A stretch of 64,000 nt of DNA from a virus. Under the pieces are notes generated by a model. The model was not told where the DNA came from. It ran no database searches and saw only the letters and a program-made list of their open reading frames with translations. Location: positions 33,818-97,817 of IMG/VR virus record IMGVR_UViG_3300050821_003228; one strand, written 5' to 3'. The translations under genes and the position numbers were made by a program. Positions 11,066 through 17,084 of this stretch are shown piece by piece; within the stretch, counting starts at the first letter, position 1, and every line of letters starts with the position of its first letter.

Positions 11066-11305
11066 ATGTGGCGTTCATTTAAGGTGTTTACTGTAGGCAT
11101 TTCTTGGTTATTGGCGATGTTGTTTTTCGTCATTTCCCTTTACCTTGGTACACACGGCTTTCTCTTTGCTGGTGGATTGATTTTATTCTTTGGTGTTGGA
11201 TTGTGGTGTTTTTCTCGGGCACTTGAACAGGATTTAGTTAGAGAATCGGGCGATAAAGATGATGATGATCAAAATCCTACTACAACGATATATAAATTCG
11301 CTTGA
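11066..11305 (+). CDS. Small membrane protein (two TM helices)
   Basis: Two hydrophobic segments and an acidic tail. Confidence 0.6.
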   Translation: MWRSFKVFTVGISWLLAMLFFVISLYLGTHGFLFAGGLILFFGVGLWCFSRALEQDLVRESGDKDDDDQNPTTTIYKFA

Positions 11306-11330
11306 CAATCGGGCGGTAATGGGGTATAAT
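11302..11330 (+). promoter_or_regulatory. Sigma70-type promoter driving tRNA array 1
   Basis: TTGACA-17 nt-TATAAT, with TCGGGCG in the spacer. Confidence 0.8.
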
Positions 11331-11367
11331 TAATTATGATAGGTACAGAGTGGTTGTAGGTTTATGT

Positions 11368-11444
11368 TGTTTTGTCGTATAATTTGATAGTATGTCGCTC
11401 TGTTAAAGCGAAAGGTGCAGGTTTGAATCCTACCGAAACAGCCA
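11368..11444 (+). tRNA. tRNA-Asn(GTT)
   Basis: Cloverleaf; anticodon arm TCGCT-ctGTTaa-AGCGA; ends GCCA. Confidence 0.85.
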
Positions 11445-11468
11445 AGTTGTTGATTGTAAAATATTTAC

Positions 11469-11551
11469 GGGCCGGACACCGAACGGTTTTGGTAGCAATC
11501 TGTTAAATTGCCGCGTAAGCATAGTTGGTTCGACCCCAACCCGGTTCGCCA
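11469..11551 (+). tRNA. tRNA with GTT (Asn) anticodon and a long variable arm
   Basis: GGGCCGG/CCGGTTC acceptor; GCAAT-ctGTTaa-ATTGC; 12-nt variable region; TTCGA T-loop; GCCA. Confidence 0.8.
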
Positions 11552-11695
11552 TTTTAGTTAGTGTCTTTATCTTAAACAGTAATGTTTACTCCGAATTTAA
11601 AAGCGTGTTAATCGGGCCTTAACCCGAATGATTGTTAAGGTGGTCGGGAGGCTTTTCACTACACCGATGCTCTGAGAAAGCGTCAGTGAAAGCAA

Positions 11696-12037
11696 TTGCC
11701 ATACAAAGATGAAGGGTTACAAAAACTTGCTCAACATGAGCATTATTTAAGAAATAAAAAGTATTTTAAAGAAAGAACAAGATTAAGACGAAAACAGCAA
11801 AGAGCATGGTTTCAGGAATTAAAATCAAAATTGGTTTGTAGTAATTGTCCTGAACCTGATTCAATATGCCTAGATTTTCATCATCTTGATCCTAAAGATA
11901 AGAGCGATACTGTTTCAAAATTGGCAGCAGAATTACGAAATAAAGAAATAATTTTAAAAGAAATTGCTAAATGTATTGTTCTATGCTCTAATTGTCATAG
12001 AAAATTACATAGAGATGAATATCAGCCTGTTGGGTAA
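11696..12037 (+). CDS. HNH endonuclease
   Basis: C..C...LDFHH.DP...EI.KC..LC.NCHR..H. Confidence 0.85.
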   Translation: MPYKDEGLQKLAQHEHYLRNKKYFKERTRLRRKQQRAWFQELKSKLVCSNCPEPDSICLDFHHLDPKDKSDTVSKLAAELRNKEIILKEIAKCIVLCSNCHRKLHRDEYQPVG

Positions 12038-12097
12038 TGGTAACCCCCAATCCTCGGACGATTGTATATGCAGATTCGACTTCTGTCAGGCTGACCA
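12023..12097 (+). tRNA. tRNA-Pro(CGG)
   Basis: CAGCCTG/CAGGCTG acceptor; CAATC-ctCGGac-GATTG; ACCA. Confidence 0.85.
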
Positions 12098-12098
12098 T

Positions 12099-12185
12099 AC
12101 GGGTGTAAAACGGTAGTTGGGAGCCGTCTCGCTTTGGAAGCGAGAGATAAGATCACTAGAGGTCCGAATCCTCTCACCCGTACCA
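12099..12185 (+). tRNA. tRNA-Pro(TGG) with enlarged D and variable regions
   Basis: ACGGGTG/CACCCGT acceptor; CTCGC-ttTGGaa-GCGAG; ACCA. Confidence 0.75.
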
Positions 12186-12372
12186 TTTTCATAATGATCC
12201 TTGAATTGACAAGGTTCTACCGGTTATGATAAACTGGCATTATGTTTGATAAAAGTATACAAACTGAATTAGAAGATTTGTGGAAGAAATTGAATCCATA
12301 TCCAGAAGGAAGTTACAAATGGTATGGATGGAGTTTAGAAGTAGATTGCGAGAATTATCAATTTGATAACAC

Positions 12373-12448
12373 GGACAGTGAGCTAGTTAGGTAATAGCGT
12401 TCGGTTGAAGCCCGAAAGAACGGGGATCGTTACCTCGACTGTCCACCA
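12373..12448 (+). tRNA. tRNA-Phe(GAA)
   Basis: GGACAGT/ACTGTCC acceptor; TTCGG-ttGAAgc-CCGAA; ACCA. Confidence 0.85.
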
Positions 12449-12466
12449 TGTTTAAAAGGAAAAAAA

Positions 12467-12658
12467 TTGCTACAAATTTTAATAGTTTTAATTGTTGTAG
12501 GCGTTTTGTTGTGGTTAGTTAATACATACATCCCGATGGATGGTAAGATTAAGACGATTTTAAATGTTGTAGTAGTCATCTGTGTTGTTCTTTGGTTATT
12601 GAACGTTTTCGGTGTGCTCGGAATGGATGTGCCCGTTCCGCGTGTTCATCGTTATTAA
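12467..12658 (+). CDS. Thivi_2564-like small membrane protein
   Basis: LIVVGVLLWLVNTYIPMD..IK.ILNVVVVI.VVLWLL pattern. Confidence 0.7.
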   Translation: MLQILIVLIVVGVLLWLVNTYIPMDGKIKTILNVVVVICVVLWLLNVFGVLGMDVPVPRVHRY

Positions 12659-12660
12659 GG

Positions 12661-12863
12661 TTTTGATGGGAAGTTGGCTTAGAAGCAGCCATCTTTTAAA
12701 GAGTAGCACTGAACGTGGAACCACTTAAAAAATAGGGCACTCAATTTTAAAACCTATTTGATCCTATACAGGCGGTATAGGTTGAGGACAGTCCCGTATT
12801 GAGCGTTTCTCAGGACGGCCATTTGGCCGATAACACTTTTGGCGTAATAGCACACCATCAAAA
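12661..12863 (+). ncRNA. 23S rRNA GTPase-associated-centre (uL11-binding, H43-H44) mimic RNA with a 137-nt insert
   Basis: GGAAGTTGGCTTAGAAGCAGCCATCTTTTAAAGAG (12669-12703) and GCGTAATAGCACAC (12842-12855) match the conserved 23S 1055-1104 region. Closed by TTTTGATGG/CCATCAAAA. Confidence 0.85.
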
Positions 12864-12870
12864 AGTTTAT

Positions 12871-12958
12871 GCATTGGTTGGGCTAATGGTAGCCTCGCGC
12901 TCTGTAAAAGCGCCTCTCTTAGCGAGAATAGTGAGTTCAATTCTCACCCAATGCACCA
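12871..12958 (+). tRNA. tRNA-Tyr(GTA)
   Basis: GCATTGG/CCAATGC acceptor; GCGCT-ctGTAaa-AGCGC; long variable arm; ACCA. Confidence 0.9.
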
Positions 12959-12973
12959 TTTTAGGAGGAATGA

Positions 12974-13288
12974 TTGAAAGTAAAATTTGAACCGGCACCT
13001 AATAAAGTCCTTGTACGTGTGGCCGATCCTGTAACTATTACGAAAAACGGAATACATGTTCCAGATTCGGCCCAGATGAGGCCAATGGAGGGCGTCATAG
13101 TTAAAATCGGGCCAAATAGTGATACAGTGGATAAACTGACTAAGGGTGTTGTTCATGTCGAACCTCTTTGGAAAGAGAAGGATCACGTTCTATTCGGTAA
13201 GTATGACGGTATTGAAATCAGGATAGATGAAGAGGATTTCCTTCTTTTAAATCATGATCAGATTTTAGGTAAAAGGACAGGCAATTAG
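12974..13288 (+). CDS. groES: Co-chaperonin GroES
   Basis: P..NKVLV...T.NGI.VPDSA....EG.IV.IGP...V.FGKY.G.EI..D.E.FL.L....ILG; GGAGG RBS. Confidence 0.9.
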   Translation: MKVKFEPAPNKVLVRVADPVTITKNGIHVPDSAQMRPMEGVIVKIGPNSDTVDKLTKGVVHVEPLWKEKDHVLFGKYDGIEIRIDEEDFLLLNHDQILGKRTGN

Positions 13289-13352
13289 TTAATTGACATA
13301 ACCTTCGGCCCTGAACCGAAAAAAGAACGTTTGATTCGTTCATTGCCTACCA
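13279..13352 (+). tRNA. tRNA-Gln(CTG), C33 variant
   Basis: AGGCAAT/ATTGCCT acceptor; GTTA/TAAC D-stem; TTCGG-ccCTGaa-CCGAA; GAACG/CGTTC T-stem; ACCA. Confidence 0.7.
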
Positions 13353-13353
13353 C

Positions 13354-13429
13354 GGTGCGGTAGTTTAACTGTTAAAATGCTTTCCTGTCACGAAAGACGA
13401 TGCGGGTTAGAATCCCGTCGGCACCGCCA
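13354..13429 (+). tRNA. tRNA-Asp(GTC)
   Basis: CTTTC-ctGTCac-GAAAG; GCCA end. Confidence 0.9.
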
Positions 13430-13437
13430 TAATTTAG

Positions 13438-13466
13438 TTGACAAAATGGTTTAAAAATAGTAAGAT
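13438..13466 (+). promoter_or_regulatory. Sigma70-type promoter of the Ro60 operon
   Basis: TTGACA-17 nt-TAAGAT; predicted TSS about 13473, the start of Y-like element 1. Confidence 0.7.
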
Positions 13467-13472
13467 TGATCT

Positions 13473-13537
13473 TGACGTGGTGAAGAGTAGAGTTACTTCT
13501 CGATTAGAAAAAACACTCTACTCGTTTGTTCCCGTCA
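13473..13537 (+). ncRNA. Y-RNA-like element 1 (5' leader of the Ro60 gene)
   Basis: TGACG-TGGTG-AA-GAGTAGAG-T-TACTTC-loop-CTCTACTC-GTTTGTTCC-CGTCA; scaffold shared with three downstream copies. Confidence 0.7.
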
Positions 13538-13558
13538 TTTAATTTTCTCGGAGGAGAT

Positions 13559-14947
13559 ATGTCGTCAGTCAATACAGCTACAAAGACAGCAAAATATACG
13601 CATGAAGGCGCGAAGGCGTCTAATATTACGAAGAAACAAGAGCTTCGCCGTAGTGTTACAGCTTGTATGCTTTGGGAGAACACCTTCTATGAAGATGGAA
13701 AGGCGATTGCTGACCGTATCAAGGAATTAGTTCATCAGCTTCCCGGCCAATTTGTTTCAGAATTGGCAATTGAAGCGCGTGAGAAGATGAAACTTCGTCA
13801 CGTTCCGCTGTTCCTAGTTCGTGAATTGGCCCGTCATCCTAAGAAGGCTGAACGACAGTTTGTATCAGATACATTGGCCCGAGTAATTCAACGTCCTGAT
13901 GAATTGACTGAGTATATTGCAATTTATTGGAAAGACGGTAAAGAACCGTTGTCTGCTCAATCCAAACTTGGATTAGCAAAAGCGTTTCTGAAGTTTAACG
14001 AATATAGCTTTGCTAAGTACACCCGTGATGGCGCTGTGAAGCTTCGTGACGCATTGTTCTTATCCCACGCAAAGCCGGGCACGAAGGAACAAGAGAAACT
14101 GTTCAAGAAGATCGTAGATAACACTCTTGTTACTCCTGATACTTGGGAAGTCGCACTTTCAGGTGGGGCCGATAAGAAAGAGACGTTTACTCGATTGCTG
14201 AAAGAGGGCAAGCTTGGTGCATTGGCTCTATTGCGTAATCTACGTAACATGAGTGAAGCCGGGGTATCAACCGAGTTAGTTACAGAGTCATTAGAGAATT
14301 TGGATGTCATTCGCGTACTGCCGTTTAGATTTATTTCTGCCGCGAAGTATGCTCCACAACTTGAATCAGTTCTAGAGAAGACAATGTTTAAAGCGTTGGA
14401 AAGTCATCCTGAATTGCCGGGCAAAACTGTAATGATTGTTGATGTCTCTGGCTCAATGGGCGGCAATGTTTCTGGTAAGTCAGAAATTGGACGAGTTGAT
14501 GCTGCTGCATCTTTAGCAATTCTTCTTCGTGAAATTTGTGAAGATTTTTCAATTTATGCAACAGCGGGTAATGATTATAGTCGTATTCATAAAACGGCAT
14601 TGATTCCTTCACGTCATGGTTTTGCACTGAAAGATTCAATTTTGAAGTCCAAAAATGAATTGGGTGGTGGGGGAATATTTTTGAAACAAGTTATGGATTA
14701 TGTTTATAACTTGGAAAAAAGCAATGATGTCGCTCGTATCATAGTAATTACTGATGAACAAGATTGTGATACTGATCCGGCTAAATCGCCGTCAAAAGCA
14801 AATACGTTTGGTGCTAATAATTATCTGATAAATATAGCTAATGAGAAAAATGGCATTGGCTATGATAAATGGGTTCATATTGATGGTTTTTCTGAAGCAG
14901 TAATAGATTACATTCAAGCCTTTGAAGATCAAGGCGATGAAGATTAA
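13559..14947 (+). CDS. rsr: Ro60/Rsr-like TROVE domain RNA-binding protein with vWA domain
   Basis: L.E..FYE.G, IQRPDELTE, F.EY..AKY, TWE..LS, ALLRNLRN, LPFRF..A, vWA DVSGSM and ITDEQ motifs; GGAGGA RBS before ATG 13559. Confidence 0.92.
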   Translation: MSSVNTATKTAKYTHEGAKASNITKKQELRRSVTACMLWENTFYEDGKAIADRIKELVHQLPGQFVSELAIEAREKMKLRHVPLFLVRELARHPKKAERQFVSDTLARVIQRPDELTEYIAIYWKDGKEPLSAQSKLGLAKAFLKFNEYSFAKYTRDGAVKLRDALFLSHAKPGTKEQEKLFKKIVDNTLVTPDTWEVALSGGADKKETFTRLLKEGKLGALALLRNLRNMSEAGVSTELVTESLENLDVIRVLPFRFISAAKYAPQLESVLEKTMFKALESHPELPGKTVMIVDVSGSMGGNVSGKSEIGRVDAAASLAILLREICEDFSIYATAGNDYSRIHKTALIPSRHGFALKDSILKSKNELGGGGIFLKQVMDYVYNLEKSNDVARIIVITDEQDCDTDPAKSPSKANTFGANNYLINIANEKNGIGYDKWVHIDGFSEAVIDYIQAFEDQGDED

Positions 14948-14996
14948 AACGTATGAAGCGGATTAACCGCTGATTTCAAGTTACCGCTTCGCAAGT

Positions 14997-15086
14997 TTGC
15001 GTGGTGATAGGTTGTAGTTACTTCTTACTGAAAAAAAGGAAGTTGGGTGAAATCCCCGACATACCTGCAATCGCATGTTCCCGCAA
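14997..15086 (+). ncRNA. Y-RNA-like element 2
   Basis: TTGCG-TGGTG-ATA-GGTTGTAG-T-TACTTC...CTGCAATC-GCATGTTCC-CGCAA; internal T-arm-like GTTGGG-TGAAATC-CCCGAC. Confidence 0.75.
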
Positions 15087-15161
15087 TTAATTTAGAGTGT
15101 AGACGCACGATAAAATGTTAAGGTTTTACGGTAGTCCTTGAAATAAACCGTCTAAGTTTAT

Positions 15162-15271
15162 TTGTGATGGCGTAGAATGCAGATACTTCTCTTACTTAAA
15201 GAGACTGTGTGGTTCGATTCCATAAGTAAGGATGGTTCCTAGTCATTTCTGTAATCGCTTGTTCCTCACAA
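15162..15271 (+). ncRNA. Y-RNA-like element 3 (tRNA-mimic domain, YrlA-like)
   Basis: TTGTGA-TGGCG-TAG-AATGCAGA-TACTTC...TCTGTAATC-GCTTGTTCC-TCACAA; contains TGTGG-TTCGATT-CCATA T-arm. Confidence 0.75.
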
Positions 15272-15319
15272 TTATTTGTGTTATAATCACTATAGTAAAT
15301 TCAATTAAAGGATAACAAA

Positions 15320-16120
15320 TTGAGCAAAGTATTGGATGCTGCTACAAAGCTTGTAACTAAAGAGGAAGCTGAAACTGAAAAATTATTGAGTGAAGCGGCA
15401 TTGCGTCGTTTTCGTCTTGAATCGGAGAGAAAGAATGGCCCGAAAGAAGATGAACTGATTCTTGCCCGTCGTCAGGCTGAAGTTGAAAAAATTAAGAATG
15501 AGTCTCAGAAGGCCCACTTTGAAGCGGCCTGTGCGGAATTGATTTTCAATAACGCAAAACGTGAAGAAGATAAGATTCTGACTGGCGACCGTTATAACAA
15601 AGTTTATCGCTTTGTTCATGAAGTTTGTCATGAATCTGTCGCTGACTGTATGATGATTCTTTCTCGTTGGTCGCGTCTTGAGCCGGAATGTGCGATGGAA
15701 ATCGTATTCTGTTCGCCCGGTGGAAGCATTATTGACGGTTTCGCTCTTTTCGATTTTATCCAAGATTTGAAAGCAAAGGGCCATAAGGTCACTACAAAAT
15801 CAATCGGTTATGCTGCAAGTATGGCAGGTGTATTGTTACAGGCCGGAAGTGATCGAGTGATGGGCCGTGAATCGTGGCTTTTGATTCATGAAGCTTCATT
15901 CTTTGCGATGGGTAAAATCGGCGCGGTTGATGATACGGTTGAATGGATCAAAAGGATGTGTGATCGTATTGTAGACATTTTCGCTGAACGTGCATCCGAG
16001 AAAACTGGAAAATCAGTAAAGGCAATTCGGGCAACAATTAAAAAGAATTGGCTTCGTAAAGATTGGTGGCTTTCTGCTGACGAGGCGCTAGAGTACGGTT
16101 TTTGTGATCGTATTAGTTAG
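15320..16120 (+). CDS. ClpP-family serine protease with N-terminal coiled coil
   Basis: SPGGS..DG, GYAASMA (Ser), LIHE (His), DWWLSA.EALEYG.CDRI (Asp). Confidence 0.85.
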   Translation: MSKVLDAATKLVTKEEAETEKLLSEAALRRFRLESERKNGPKEDELILARRQAEVEKIKNESQKAHFEAACAELIFNNAKREEDKILTGDRYNKVYRFVHEVCHESVADCMMILSRWSRLEPECAMEIVFCSPGGSIIDGFALFDFIQDLKAKGHKVTTKSIGYAASMAGVLLQAGSDRVMGRESWLLIHEASFFAMGKIGAVDDTVEWIKRMCDRIVDIFAERASEKTGKSVKAIRATIKKNWLRKDWWLSADEALEYGFCDRIS

Positions 16121-16128
16121 GAGAGAAT

Positions 16129-16338
16129 ATGTCAGTTAATGAAGCAATAATGTTTATACATCCGCTAGATTTTGTAAGAATGCTGAATCATCGTGATGGT
16201 CCGATTGATATTATATTTCGGAAATTACACGGTCTTCAGGTGAATGAAGTTAATGGTGTAATATATTATCAAACGGTTGAAGTGCCAGAAACGCTTCAAG
16301 ATGCAGAACCGGCCAACTGTTGGCCGTATAAATTTTAA
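16129..16338 (+). CDS. Hypothetical protein
   Basis: AGGAG RBS plus ATG. Confidence 0.6.
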   Translation: MSVNEAIMFIHPLDFVRMLNHRDGPIDIIFRKLHGLQVNEVNGVIYYQTVEVPETLQDAEPANCWPYKF

Positions 16339-16341
16339 AGT

Positions 16342-16437
16342 TTGTAGTGGTGATTGATAGAGATACTTCAAGGTGAAAGTTGACTAATACTCAACGTGCT
16401 GTCGAAAGCACAAGCCTCTGTCGCTTGTTCCCTACAA
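16342..16437 (+). ncRNA. Y-RNA-like element 4
   Basis: TTGTAG-TGGTG-ATT-GATAGAG-A-TACTTC...CTCTGTC-GCTTGTTCC-CTACAA; two internal hairpins. Confidence 0.75.
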
Positions 16438-16446
16438 TTAAGTTTT

Positions 16447-16521
16447 GCCCGTATCGTCTAAAGATAAGGCCCACGCCCGATTAGCGTGAGATGATCGGTT
16501 TAATTCCGACTACGGGTACCA
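16447..16521 (+). tRNA. tRNA-Ile(GAT), C33 variant
   Basis: GCCCGTA/TACGGGT acceptor; CACGC-ccGATta-GCGTG; ACCA. Confidence 0.8.
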
Positions 16522-16523
16522 AT

Positions 16524-16598
16524 GCTCGGCTAGTAGAGTGGCTATAACACTTCTCCTACAAAGAAGAGAGCAAGGTTCGATTCCTTGGCTGAGTACCA
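16524..16598 (+). tRNA. tRNA-Val(TAC), C33 variant
   Basis: GCTCGGC/GCTGAGT acceptor; CTTCT-ccTACaa-AGAAG; TTCGA T-loop; ACCA. Confidence 0.85.
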
Positions 16599-16606
16599 TT
16601 TTTATT

Positions 16607-16926
16607 GAGGCAATAACTCGGCACCTGACTGAATAAGGATTGCCAGTCCTCAAAGTATGGGATAGCTAACCGAGAGGTTACTATTCTAGTTGTTGCGTAA
16701 TCGCTACATAAAGGTCTAAATAGTGGCTCTAGATCGAGAGCCATGACGTAAGGACACGACAAATCGTCTATTATACATAGAGATGGCTGTATCGTGCTGT
16801 GAGTAACCATACTCACCAGACATTAACTGTTAGAGTAATTACCTAACAGGTCTGTGACCGAATAATGAGGCGTTTACTGCGAACTTATGGGTATTCTCAA
16901 ATCCCATGATGCTGAGTTATTGCCTC
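16607..16926 (+). ncRNA. Large (about 320 nt) structured ncRNA of unknown class
   Basis: 17-bp closing helix GAGGCAATAACTCGGCA/TGCTGAGTTATTGCCTC and at least 7 internal hairpins; lies between two tRNAs with no credible sense ORF. Confidence 0.7.
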
Positions 16927-16929
16927 TAT

Positions 16930-17005
16930 ACCGGGATCGTTCAACATCCGAGGACGGTTGCCTTTGAAGCAATTTATCTAGGTTGGAATCCTAGTTCCGG
17001 TGCCA
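16930..17005 (+). tRNA. tRNA-Gln(TTG)
   Basis: ACCGGGA/TTCCGGT acceptor; GTTGC-ctTTGaa-GCAAT; GCCA. Confidence 0.85.
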
Positions 17006-17042
17006 TTTTTCACAAGGCATTGTTTAAAAGTGCGACGGGAGC

Positions 17043-17072
17043 GCGGCTCGGATTAATTTCCGGGCCGTTTTT
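17043..17072 (+). terminator. Rho-independent terminator ending array 1
   Basis: GCGGCTCGGA/TCCGGGCCGT hairpin followed by a T-run. Confidence 0.75.
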
Positions 17073-17084
17073 ATTGGAGTAATT

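Noticed and set aside
12661-12863. Host 23S rRNA gene fragment or contamination
   Set aside because: Similarity is confined to the 58-nt GAC domain, is interrupted by an insert and has its own compensated closing helix; the flanks are phage-type genes.
13473-16437. Treating the four TGGTG/TACTTC/TGTTCC elements as a CRISPR array or DNA operators
   Set aside because: Spacing is irregular, no cas genes are present, and the pairing covariation points to RNA structure.
16607-16926. RNase P RNA, tmRNA or group I intron
   Set aside because: No GAGGAAAGUCC P4 motif, no GGGG...TTCGA...CCACCA tRNA-like ends, and no interrupted exon or recognisable P7 core.
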